A stretch of DNA of 64,000 nucleotides from Neoechinorhynchus agilis (lineage: Eukaryota; Animalia; Acanthocephala): contig CM121342.1 in assembly GCA_051530055.1 (NCBI GenBank), positions 1,026,797 through 1,090,796 on the forward strand. The letters are read 5' to 3'. The notes under the pieces were generated by a model. It was not told where the DNA came from. It was given only the letters and a program-made list of their open reading frames with translations, and did no database searches. Shown piece after piece: positions 39,846 through 51,476 of this stretch (position 1 is the stretch's first letter; every line of letters begins with the position of its first letter). Made by a program: the position numbers and the translations under genes.

Positions 39846-40660
39846 GAAACTTAATCGAGTGAATACCGTTGAACCATTGGGACGCCATGGTCTCGTCTGT
39901 CGGCAATCTGGCGGAAGGTACTCACGACCCGCCAAAGTGAACGAAATTCTTAGTCGTGCCCTGAATACTGTGAATTCGCCCAACCTCCTAGAGCCGGGCA
40001 ATCGCTGCCGACTCGATGGCTGTAGATCGGACGGTGTCACAGTATGGCAGTGACCTCTCGGAGACGCTCGAAGCCAGCAACATAAAATTCACCGAGTCTG
40101 TTCAAACAATGAGGCAAAGAAAGCGTCTACGGGATTTTTAGTGTCTGCGTCATTTGGTTACTTGAATTCGCAGAATGAGTACAAATACACTCACACCTCG
40201 CTTTACATAATAGATATGGTCCACGAAACTTGGCCACAAAGCTTCGTATAATCCCCATTCTGCTAATTTTCATAAATATTTAAAAATTTTCCTGAATAGT
40301 CTTTGGACGCATCGGCTTTTATCGTTTGTTGTTCTCCTCAATCTATTTAATCAACGGCTTTTCCGTTTTTCCGTAATCCCGTTTCGTGAGTTCTGGGTCG
40401 CCACGATCATGGACATGCTCGCAGCGAGCAACTTAAAGTTCGCCACTGTTAAATCAGGAGGAGCAGCAACTGCCGCTGAGGTCCGCAAAAAGGCCAAATA
40501 CAGAAAAGTGGGTCGAAATCATTATTTCTTTGACGTCGAGGCACTCGGGTCGTTTGGTACGTAAAGAATAAGTCTGGCTGTGCAACGGGGGAATGCTGCA
40601 TCCGTCCTTTCGACCATTGCATCAGGACTGTAGCTGAGTGATCCAGAGCGGTGGTGCCGT
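39846..40660 (+). mobile_element. Fragmented CRE-like REL element (39846-40095 and ~40395-40660)
   Basis: VEPLGRHGLVC knuckle and 3' end GCTGAGTGATCCAGAGCGG shared with the other copies. Confidence 0.8.
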
Positions 40661-41303
40661 GGGTGTTTTTCGAACTCTTTGCCTAAAAATCTTGCGTTTT
40701 TGTGAAAATTTTACAAATATTTTTTGTGTTCCGGAACTTTATTACAAATTATGAAAAGCGAATGTGCAGAGCCAAAATTAATTTATATGTTGAGAGAAAA
40801 ATAAAAAGGCGCTAGAATGTAAGACAACAATAAAATGAACGGTTATACGATTTCAAAAGGTCCAAACCATAAAAAGAGCAATGTCATGACTGATAGTGGA
40901 AAGGAAAAGATGTAATCCATAAAGTGGTGCCTAAACCAAAGGTTAAGAAGAGATCAAGTGTAAAACTGAATAAGATGAAAACGGCAAACAAATGAAAATC
41001 CTCGGATTGCCTTCAGTTGAGGCAACCCGATGGACCGCGGTCAGTGCAGCAATGCAAAGTTCTTAAAAGATTTTTGAGTCGATGAATCGCAATTTCTTTA
41101 TCAAAAGCACCCTCGTAATGGAGACAAAAATGATGTAGACGGTACTTCGATAATGAGCTTGCAAAATCACTTCTTGACAGATATGACTAGTTTCTTTGTG
41201 CATGATGTAAGGAAAACTTAAGACTGCTGGATGGAGTTGACGCGATGTACATTATCGATTCGCAATTAACGTTTCTTCTAAATTCCCGTTTGATTAAATA
41301 GTT

Positions 41304-41667
41304 TAATAACACATTTATTTGTTAATTAACAAAGAAAAGGATCCATGTATCATTGGGTCCTCATGAACACCGGAATTTGCAGGAAATTGTTTTCGATACT
41401 TCCTTAAGATTCATGCAGAGATTTGAAGAATTTTTGTTCTTAGGTACGTTTAATGTGGTCCGTTAGTTGGTTTTAGTTTATTTTGACTTTGGTTGGTTAA
41501 TTGCTAGTTATTGTTTTCCGTTCTCTCCTTCGAATCAATTCGTATTTGGAGGATTGAGCAGTAAAGGAGAAAGAGCGGAAGTAGGGATTTGTCGTATTAA
41601 CCCCTGCGCAAGATTTTCTGATGATATTATTTTTTAAATTTAATATTTTAACGGCCGTTTTGTTTCA
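41304..41667. repeat. Dispersed repeat, inverted partner at 52695-53057
   Basis: Near-identical reverse complement over ~360 bp. Confidence 0.9.
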
Positions 41668-42160
41668 CTCTGAACCAGGTCGGTGGGCTGTGTGCCCAAA
41701 AATTAACAGTCGTGTTATAAAAAGGCCACACATCGATATAAGTTACCAGCTGGCCAATCTTCATAAAAAATAAATCCTAATTCAATTGCCTTTGAATTAA
41801 TAAATATAAAATTGGCTGAGTTTGTACATTCCGTAGTCGTGTCGAGATTGTCAAGCGGACTAATGCCCGCGATCCCGATTAGGGGTCAAGTGGTTCGAAT
41901 CCGTTACTACCAATGACGCACAACCAAAGGGAACGAAATACCGCTGAAGGGAGGAAACTCACTGATGAGCCCCGCCTCCCGGAGGTATCCGAGGATATGG
42001 AGGAATGTGCAAAATCGTACCGGATGGTTCAGTGCTTTGAGTAATTGAATTTCTGCTCTGAACAAGATCGGTGGCTGTGTGCCCTAAAATTAACAGCCGT
42101 GTTATAAAAAGCCGCCACACATCGATATAAGTTACCGGCTGGCCAATCTTCATAAAAAAT
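41668..42160 (+). mobile_element. SINE copy with tRNA-Ser-like head (41833-41910) and decayed permuted hammerhead, between ~105 bp direct repeats
   Basis: GTAGTCGTGTCGAG..GGTTCGAATCCGTTACTAC resembles tRNA-Ser ends (GTAGTCGTGGCCGAG..GGTTCGAATCC..GACTAC); 41668-41770 repeats at 42055-42160. Confidence 0.8.
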
Positions 42161-42179
42161 GAAAAATTATAGTTCGAAC

Positions 42180-43465
42180 TCAACATTTTTGAATCCGACC
42201 GACGAATTCGCACACTTTTGTAACCATAGTTTTCATTACTTCTATTCCGTTAAGAAATTCTGCTTCAAAGCAGAACTCATCGGCCTCGTGCAATTTTACC
42301 GGCGTGTTGGCCATTGGCGTGAATCCTATACAGCAGATCCCAATCTTTCTCAGATACCTCGAATCTGTGCTTCCAAGGAACGCTGCGCTAAATATGGGTT
42401 TTTCTACGTGCAATCTGTTAATTACCAAGTTCTGCAATTCTTCTTTTAATTCCTTCGGTGAGTGATCGAATTCGGGTTCATCGATTTCTCCTACGATCTC
42501 GGCTTTTTCTTCCTCAATGACTTCAGTCGCTTTTTTAAGAACCTCGCAGTACCTCCATTGCGGGACACGGATATCGAACATTGCTTCCACTGAACTTGGA
42601 ATAATATTGCATTGAACACCGGCCTGGACTTGTGTGCAATTGACCGTTGTCCATCGACCGAGATCTACGCGAGAAGAACCAATATCGTCGTTGGCGACAA
42701 CTCCCTCGTATGGAGTTCTAAGTTCTGTCAGTTTTGCATACAATCGCTGGAATCGCTCCATTGCGTAGTACGGAAAAGCAGGCAGCGACCCGTGTCCACC
42801 AATTGAATTCAATCGAACTTTAAGCCAAAGGGGCAACCGCTCTTCGGTATACAATGCGTAAGCATCATTTGGAGACGGTATACCTTCGTCTAGGGCGATG
42901 CATACGTTCAAATCCAAAAACTCCTTCAAGGACTGAGATTTCCTAAGCCTCATGCAAATAGAACCCTAGAGATAAAAAATCCAGTCGTTATTTTGCAGAG
43001 AACCCGCATTCCATTGGAACCTCCGACTTCTTCGTCCGGTACGAAACTCAAGTGCAGATCACATGGCAGTTTTACACCGACTTGCTTCAATCGTCGTACA
43101 GCTTCAATTTGTTGAATAGCAACCGCCTTCATATCCTGAGTACCTCTTCCAAAGAGCTTACCGTCTTCCGAACGATAAAGCACAAATGGATCAGTTGACC
43201 ATTGCTGACCTTCGACAGGGACCACGTCCATGTGGGAGTTCAGTAGAACTGATCTATTCGGCGAATAATCGCTCTTCCAACTCACAATAACAGCGGGATA
43301 CTGCTTAGGTTCCAGGTACAAAACACGAGAATCAAGACCGATTTCTCGGGCATACTCACAAATGAACGACGCAGCAAGATCGTATTCCGCATTCGGATTA
43401 ACCGTCCTTATTGAAATATACTCCGATAGCTTTTGAATGGCGATGCGGTCCCATTCACTCTTCAT
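42180..43465 (-). CDS. ACY1: Aminoacylase-1; join complement(42180..42927,42990..43465), 407 aa
   Basis: LLNSHMDVVP, GRGTQDMK, FVPDEEVGG, ALDEG, GHGS, TDSRYLR, LHEADE. Confidence 0.92.
42928..42989 (-). other. T|A...T|G hairpin intervening sequence (62 nt)
   Basis: AAT|AACGACTG...CAGTCCTT|GAAG; stems GACTG/CAGTC and GATTT/AAATC; ends are in register with the outer stem. Confidence 0.75.
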
Positions 43466-43619
43466 ATGGATCTGAAAAACAATGGATACTAAACGTCAAT
43501 CTTTAAAAGGTTTTGAAACAATCAAAACCACACAGTGTGCTGTACATGTTGCCCAACACCTTTAGCGTCCACCAAAAAATGTTTCGTTTAATACCCTCTA
43601 TTGCTGTTCGTCCTTCTTC

Positions 43620-45222
43620 TCAAGGTTTCCAAACGTAAGAAGTGGAATAAACGAACCCTGCCTTAGCACAAAGATTGTCAGCAGCCTTAAGAGACCGCAC
43701 TCCGAATGGGTACTTGACGGGTTCCATTTGATCGGCAATCTCGAGTAAAGGTGTAAACAACTTCCAAGCTTCGTGCAACTCATCCGACCTAACAAAATTC
43801 GTCTGAACACCTGAGAAAACGTCCATTATAAGACGTTCGTATGCTCCTGGAAGATTTAGCTTTTTGTACCGCACTCTGTATGTAAGATCGAGTTCACTTG
43901 TCTCTGGACAGAACTCACGACCTGGTTTTTTGTTATTGATTTTCATATAAATCGCCTCGTCCGGTTGTACTCTAATGACCAATTCATTTCTATTCAGACT
44001 TTCACTCATGTTAGATTGAGTAAACAGGTCAGTGGTAAGCGAATCTCTAAATTGAATCCTAATCTCGGTTTTACGCTCATTTAGAGCTTTTCCACATTTC
44101 ACCATAAACGGAACATTGTCCCATCGTTCGTTCTTTATATAAAAAACAATACACGCGAACGTTGCCGTTCGTGAATTATCAGAGACTTGTGGATCGTCCG
44201 TATAAGAAAATGCAGCATCCCTGAACTGGTCTTTTAAATTATCATTCTTTACATATTGACCAACGACAATGTCTTCCTTTTTAACTGGCAAAATCTCTCG
44301 TATAACTCGCGTCTTGGCATCTCGGATGTCATCCGCCGAAAAACTGGCAGGTTTGTCCATTGCAACGAGACAAAGAATCTGAAGAAGATGATTTTGCATG
44401 ACATCTCTAACGATGCCATATTTGTCAAAATATCCTCCTCGACCATAAGTACCAATATCTTCTTTAAAATTGATGACGACATTAGATATGGAGTTTCGGT
44501 CCCATACATTTGAGAATATTCGATTGGCGAATCGAAGAATCAGAAGACTCTGAACCATCTCTTTTCCCAGAAAATGATCAATCCTATAAATTTCCTCTTC
44601 ATTGAGGAACTTCCGAACGGATACGTCGAGCAAGTCTGAGCTCGTCAAATCATGTCCAAACGGTTTTTCAATAATCATTCGCATACATCCTGGTTTTTGT
44701 GGACGCAGATGATGACTGCAAAGTTCGCAAACACTTTGAAAAACGGAAGGAGGAGTAGCGAGGTAAAATATTCGATCACATGAGTTGTTAGTGCAACGGC
44801 TCTTTACTCGACCATAAGTAGAGATTCGTTGTCGTAGAACGTGGAGCATCCAGGATTTTCCGGAACGATTTAAAGTCATCAGCATTATCGTACCGACCAC
44901 GGACGTATTTGTTCCGAGTCAAGAACAACTCGAAGTTCGCAGTATCATCTCGTTCTTCATCCGGAATAAAGGATGATATTTTATCATGGAGTTGTTCGTC
45001 AGACATGTCAGACCGAGCATATCCGAAGAACGTAGTCGAACTCGGAATAAACTTGTCACGAAATAAAAGCCACAGAGTAGGGTAGATCTTTTTGTGGGCG
45101 AGGTCCCCTGATGCACCGAAAACGATGAACTGATGGGTATCGTATTTACAAGTGCGAGTCATCATATCTTCCCTGATAGCTGCCATGGCTTCATCTCCGG
45201 TTTCACTTCGATCGTCGGGCAT
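43620..45222 (-). CDS. G6PD: Glucose-6-phosphate 1-dehydrogenase; join complement(43620..44789,44836..45222), 518 aa
   Basis: GASGDLA, RIFYLATPP, IIEKPFG, RIDHFLGK, DVMQNHL, RNELVIRVQP, AYERLI. Confidence 0.97.
44790..44835 (-). other. T|A...T|A hairpin intervening sequence (46 nt)
   Basis: TCT|ACGACAACG...CGTTGCACT|AAC; 14 of 20 in-register pairs; CTA direct repeat at the ends. Confidence 0.65.
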
Positions 45223-47158
45223 CTGAAATCAAGGTGCAATTATTCACTTCCAAAAATGTATTATTGCGTTTAGCTCAAAAAAAAGAAGCGAAATTAATGC
45301 TAACTTTGATGGGAATTTGTAAATAAGAGTCCGTTTGGATGTTCGAGAAAAAACGAATTTCAAGGAAAAAGAGTTTTAAAATTAAGGGTCATATTTAAAA
45401 AACCACAGCATTTCGATGCTTAAGCTTCGAATAAAAAGAAGATACAAAGAAAGGAAGAAGGGATCTCTCCCTGTCTAGTAACAAAGAATGGAAAAAAATA
45501 CGATTTGAACTAATATAGTAGAGCTTTTATCGCACTAAATTGAATTTGACAGTTGGTTGAACGCATCCAAGTTTTAAAAGAGGACTCTAACCTCCTCACT
45601 CTATTTCAAATGTATCTAAAGATCTAGATGCAAACGAGATTTGACGCAATAAAACGGAAACTGCATTTCTAAGTGGGAATAATCGAAAAAGTCCCGTTTA
45701 GCGTTTCCTTATTCCGATGTGAGATTAAGAATGGACCGCATATCATCGAATATTGCCACCAAGGAAAAAGATATAAAAGCCTAAAAGATATAGACATCGC
45801 TATTCCCATTGCAATTTCTTCGGAATGTCGCAGACTGGATTCTCCATAGGAGTCTGCGCATACAAACAAAATAGCGACGAAAGTTTGGGAAAAGTGAGAG
45901 ATCTGTGTAATTACATTGCGGGTAAAAAATAAAAGAAGATCGGCGGATTGCGATTCCATATCGCTAAAATTTAAAAAAGAGATTACTTGAACGAAAGTAA
46001 GACTTTAGGTCGTCGATTAAAACGATCGGAAAAATCGATCGATTTAAATTTAAAAACGCACTTATGGAATACTGAACAAACAAAAGAAAAATTAACAACG
46101 TGAATTTTATTGATGCCACTTTAAACACATTTCTGAATTGTAAAGGCAGAATCATTCTTAAACATTTTATAGCATTTTGACCACTTAAGCCACAGAAACC
46201 CATCTACAGGAAAGAAAATTCGAATTTCGAATGTACTTTTAAATACATTTTCCCTTGAAAATGCACAGCAGTGACATTTAAAGAAGGTTCATCTCGCTTA
46301 TGTTTTATTTGTGTTGTTTAAAACTTAACAGTTTTGGCGATTTTTAAAGCTCTTTTACTACGTTAATTTGTTGGTATAAAGTTTTGAGTTAAACATCGAT
46401 CAATTTCGAATTACTCATCGGTAAACTGCGAAAATAGCTTTCCATTCATTTATCCCCAGAATCGACGCAATTGGACATTTCTGTCCTAAATTCGTTCATT
46501 ACACCCGCAAGTATAACATAAAATATTTATTTTAAGGCTTTAAGCTTGGCCCAAAATTATGAGGTTGTAGAATTTTGTCGAAATTTGACCAACGCTAATC
46601 TCGATTTTTTTTACTTGTTGCCCAATCTGCGATTTTTAGTCGACTGTTTAGTCTATTCTTTAGAATACTCAACAATAAAAACCAAGTATTTGGAGTCAAA
46701 TTTTTGATAAAAGATTGAACAAATATTCTTCCTTTGTTCTTCAAATCTTTTTAAAATGCGATGTCATTAAATTTTCTGTGAATTTTGGTTGGTGTACGTT
46801 GGTTTTTTATTTGTTTGGATAGTCTTAAGAACTATTATAAGAGAGCGGCAACGTTCAATGTAAGAACCGTCTATTTCGGTACACTATTTGATGACTACTG
46901 GGTGATTGATTATTTTCAAATACTATTTGGAGAAAAAAACAACGTTGAACTTACCTTTTTAAATGTGGACGAGATCTTTCTCTTGATTTTATAGACAAAC
47001 TCCGTCTTGAGCATTCCGTCTCTTTTTTTCTTTGAATGACAAAAGATCTTTCGTCTGAATTCATAAAGTGAGTTCGGTACGCGTGATTCAACACCGGCTC
47101 ACCCGTTCTTGTGTTCGCACGCAACATTTATTCGGTCAAAACGATTCGACACATTTTC

Positions 47159-48960
47159 TCACCATCTTCTATTTCGTCTACGGCGATCGTAATAATGGTC
47201 ATCATCCGGTCCGTTCCATCCACTATCGTAATACCGACGACCACTTCTACCGCCACGGCGATTTTCGAACCATTCACGCCGGGACATTTTGGGAGCCGCA
47301 TCGTATTGAATAGTGCTAAATTTAGTCGTGTTACGGGAATTGGGTCTTCGTTTCCTAGACATCTCCCACTCGAGACGTGGGGGAGGCGTTATGACTCGAT
47401 CAGTTCGCCGTCTCCACGATGGCCATAAGCTCGAATGCATCTCGGTCAAAGGACTGTGAAAAAAGTCCTTTATGGCCTTTTGAATATTACTCAAATGGTT
47501 CCGAGTCGCCTTGTTTCCGACTGGAGAAGGCGAACGATGTGTAGATTCGATTTGCTTCATGTAATGCTGAGTAGCCTGACCTAGAAATTGGAGCTTAATC
47601 TTAAAAAGCTTGAACGTATCGCGGTCCAGTTCGTCGGTAATGAAAACGATTCTCTCATTGCAAGACCAGTGGAACGCTAGTAACGCTGCTTCGAGCATTG
47701 ATAAATCGAAGTCGGGATCGTCTTGGAAACTCACTGCATTGGACGTAGTTCAATGATTCTCTTTTCCTTTTCAAGTTCACCAAAGAACAAAAAGAATCAC
47801 TGCATAGTTTTGGACGTAGAAGGCTTTGATTCGTCTTCTTCTTCATTGTCTTGTTTACTTTCTTTAAGTTCATCAGGTTCAATTAAATAAGCATTGACAA
47901 TGTCGAACAGCAATTGTTGTCGTTCTTGTGTGAGATGTTCTTTAGCATTATCATAAGTAGGCGTCATATCGACTAAATCGCGCATGATTTCAATAGATTC
48001 GGCATTGGTGACACCGCTGTCTTTTCGTTTCTTCGCGTCCAATACTTTCGGACAGCCGTATTGGAACACGAAATCGGCGAATTTGTTCGAATGGACGTTT
48101 TTTGAGAAGAGTTTAAGGCCGCGAGTAAGGCATTTGAGTACTTTTCGGACCATAGCCACATCTCCTTGATGTTCAAAAGGGAGTCCAGCGTGTCTGCTAA
48201 GAATATCGACAAGTTCCTTCCGCCCTACCAACGTCTGCATAATCGGATACCGACCCATTAACTCGAAAAGATCAAAAAAGGTTTGATCGTCCCGGGATGG
48301 AACCCGATGTATTGAATCGCGGATTAGAGGCAACACAAGAGTCTGATTCGCAGGAACTTCCTCAGCATGAGCTTCCACTACCTTGGATTTAAGAAAGTTT
48401 AGAATAGGAACGTTATAGTTCGGGATTTCTTTAAAGAGACGTCGAAGAACCTGTTCTTGGTTCACGGTCATCAAGGCCAAAATCGCCTTTTGAACCAATT
48501 TACTCTCCACGTCATCTAATGAGTTAAATTCGGGAATAACAATATCTAATGAACGGTCAAGGAGATCAACGTTCACAACCATTCCCGGGAGGTCATGAAG
48601 CGCTTGTCGGCGAATACTTGTGTTCTTATCTCCACACAAACTTGCGACGGCTTCAAACGCCTCTCGAGCGTGAGATGGAAACTGGCGATGAAAACGAAAA
48701 ATAAGCTGACTTGCCAATTGACGCTCCTGATCAACTTCCGATCGGGAACTTTCTATCAGTTGAACGTACGCATTCTCACATTCAGGATTTGATGCGGCCG
48801 TCGCTAATTTCTGCTGAATTATAGAGGCTTGTTCGTAAAGGCTATCAATTGCTGGAGAACTTGGAGATCCACCGCCAATCACACTCTCGTCAGCAACAAC
48901 TTGATCCTTTTCTTCTGACGACATCGATTCCGGTACACTCTTTTTTCTCGCAAGTTGCAT
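47159..48960 (-). CDS. API5: Apoptosis inhibitor 5; join complement(47159..47746,47806..48960)
   Basis: LASQLIFRF..FP, LCGDKNTSIRRQALHDLP, LEAALLAFH, FKIKLQF, IKDFFHSP; RS/RD-rich tail. Confidence 0.88.
47747..47805 (-). other. T|A...T|A hairpin intervening sequence (59 nt)
   Basis: ACT|ATGCAGTGATTCT...AGAATCATTGAACT|ACG; 10 bp stem CAGTGATTCT/AGAATCATTG; AACTA direct repeat. Confidence 0.6.
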
Positions 48961-49077
48961 TCTACATTCACGGTCGATTCTTTCGGATAACGCGCGTTTT
49001 TTATTAGGAATCGATTTTATTTTTGGAGTAATTTAAAAACGAAAACCAAGAAACGATTTGGTGCCTTTAAGATTATC

Positions 49078-49392
49078 ATGATGCCGAGGTCAAAGGTACT
49101 CAAAATGCCATTACGTGGGTACAATCATCATTCGAAAGTGGAAACCGCACTTTCTATCGAACGTTCAGTCCCTCATTTGGAGATTAATGATCCACCAGAA
49201 GGGAAACTAATCAGTGAAAATCTCAAATCAATCGGATTTCGACCTGCAATCGTTAATGATTATGTCGTTTGTCCTTGTGATCCGACAGATGAACAAATCT
49301 CAATGTCCATGTCGGAGTTCACCGAATTCTTCGGCTTTAATGTAGTCGTCGAAACTTTCAATTTAGAATCTATCAGTGCCACCAAAAAATAA
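49078..49392 (+). CDS. Hypothetical protein, 104 aa, divergent from API5
   Basis: ORF starts 117 bp from the API5 start; TTTAAG|ATTATCATG context; family not recognised. Confidence 0.5.
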   Translation: MMPRSKVLKMPLRGYNHHSKVETALSIERSVPHLEINDPPEGKLISENLKSIGFRPAIVNDYVVCPCDPTDEQISMSMSEFTEFFGFNVVVETFNLESISATKK

Positions 49393-49535
49393 CTTAGTGA
49401 TTTCTTCTGACTTAAATGTGTTTTTGTGTGAAATTACAACTATATTTTAACCATTTGTTACATTGTCAGCTGATTTTCTCGACCGCGTGTATACATTTCC
49501 TTTTTTCATTCATTATTGCTGTTGGGTGAAACGAG

Positions 49536-49741
49536 ATTTGTTTTGTGCGGACACCCAGACGTTTTTTATTATGCAAATTTTCGAGAGCAAAGTCTCCCTC
49601 TTCAGGCTTTTGGTCATCTGAAAAAATTATTGTCTTGAGAATCTCTTTTAAAAAATGCCTCTTGCCCGGTTGCATCCTGGACCATGTTTTAACCTCTTCC
49701 GGCTGCAATAAAAAACGTCTGGGTGTCCGCACAAAACAAAT
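49536..49741. mobile_element. MITE with ~35 bp terminal inverted repeats; SINE head fragment follows at ~49770-49810
   Basis: ATTTGTTTTGTGCGGACACCCAGACGTTTTTTATT mirrors AATAAAAAACGTCTGGGTGTCCGCACAAAACAAAT. Confidence 0.85.
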
Positions 49742-50545
49742 TTCCATTCTTATGGATGTGCTTAGTTTGACATCCCGTAGTTGTGTCGAGGTGGTCAAGT
49801 GGATCTGGACGAGGATGTACAAACCTTTAACCGTGCATTAGAGACTATGTGGTTATATCACCCGACCGCCGAAAGTGCTCTTGATGAACCTTTTTTGAAC
49901 AAGAGGTATTTTCTAGAAAATATTTTACCTAAATTTTAAGACTCTTAATTTTCTAAAACAAACAAGAAATTGATAGAGAAAGAGCTTTAATAAAAAAAAT
50001 TAACTATATTTTGCTAAATCAACAACGATTTGGGACAACTCAATTTTTTTTTAGCAATACGCAATTAAATTTTCCTCATTTATTGCCTTTTTTCAAAACA
50101 ATCTCTTCCATGAATGTTCGAGAAGATTTTCATTGGCTAGAAGTGTTATTTAAGTCTTTACAAAGTAAAAAAATATTTCTGGCATTTTAAGTTTTCATGA
50201 TTGATAAGCTGTTTGATCACAACGAAAAAAATTGTGTTTTCAAAACAACTCAAAATCAAAGATCGGCATTTTTTAAACGGCCTTTAAATAACTTTCTGAG
50301 CCAATTGTGAATAATTCTTATTTATGTGTTCTTTGGTCATGAGAAAAATAGACATTAATTTATTAATTCAAAAATATTTCGTCCATTTCGTCGTACTTCT
50401 TCAGATTGTTTCTAATAGACGCAACTAACAACCTATTTTCGAATTAATAAAATTATTGTCTATTCTTCGTATCACCAGAGAACACATAAATAAATGAACA
50501 ATTCCTTTACAATAATTCTTATTTGCCAATCCATAGCCTTTGTAG

Positions 50546-51476
50546 ATGGAAAAAATATACCGGCTTCCATTAAGTAGATTTCTACACGTCTATGGAAAAG
50601 ATGCAGCATCCATCCTTCAGTCTAAATCGTTGGTTCCGAATCGCGTGGGACGATTATTTGGAACTTTGGTTATAATCTGACAAATGATATCACCAAACTT
50701 GATCTTAAAGCGAATTCACATCAGTATTCTTTAATGTTGACATCAACAGGAAACGTCAGCTTCGACATGTTCATCCACAGTCTTTCACAGGGCGACGGCT
50801 ATGTAGTTGAAGTGTTGGGTAAGAACGTCGAACATTTTAAAGGAGCACTCGAGTCAAAGCGATTCCGGAAAGAGTTGAAAGTTGAACACTTGCCTCAATT
50901 TCGTACACTATGGTCACCATATTTTCAAGAGTCATTTTGGGCCGACGTTAGACTTTCTCAACTTGGATAAAGGTGCTGCCTTGTTGGGTGCGTTTAGGCA
51001 AGACTGCTCCAAACAGACGAATATTGACTTCAGAGGAATGTGAGTTTGTTGGCACGGTGGTTTATAGGAAACATCTTTTTGAACACGGGGTCGCTGAGGG
51101 CAATGATCTCCTTCGGCGTGGTTCTGCTCTTACGCAGAACCTTCATTTATTGAACGCGTTCAGTGTTGAGAGAAAAGGGTGTTATTTGGGACAGGAGCAC
51201 GTTAATAGGATCATGAGTGGACTCTTGAAGATTAGGAAACGATTGACTCCGTTGTCGGTCGGAGAAATCGATGAAGATCTTGTTGATTGTGATTTAGTAA
51301 GCGGATTAAGTTATGTTGGTAAGGTTATCGCTCAACAGGGACATTACTGTTTGGCAATGGTTCAATGTGACGACTCAGGTAAAATTGTTAATAAGAACCT
51401 GCAAGTAATGACAAAAAGTTCAAAGATATTAAGAGCGAATGTCAAAGAACCTGATTGGTGGTTGACTGTGGGATGA
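50546..51476 (+). CDS. IBA57: IBA57/CAF17 Fe-S assembly transferase; join(50546..50623,50674..50968,51013..51476), ~278 aa
   Basis: LHVYGKDAASILQ, TNDI, DVRLSQLG, YRKHLFEHGVAEG, signature KGCYLGQE. Confidence 0.88.
50624..50673 (+). other. T|A...T|A hairpin intervening sequence (50 nt)
   Basis: TCT|AAATCG...GGTTAT|AAT; stem GTTCCGA..ATCG/CGAT..TTGGAAC; no AG dinucleotide between the conserved LQ and TND codons. Confidence 0.8.
50969..51012 (+). other. T|A...A|A hairpin intervening sequence (44 nt; 47 or 50 nt alternatives)
   Basis: GGA T|AAAGG...CTCCAA|AC AGA gives G-Y-R; stems TGCCT/AGGCA and GGTGC/GCTCC. Confidence 0.6.

Noticed and set aside
41833-41910. Functional tRNA-Ser gene
   Set aside because: D and anticodon arms are not canonical, and it is embedded in a repeated SINE body.
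50968-50970. TAA reassigned to a sense codon
   Set aside because: RPL27A, CutA and ANKRD49 end in TAA at the expected positions.
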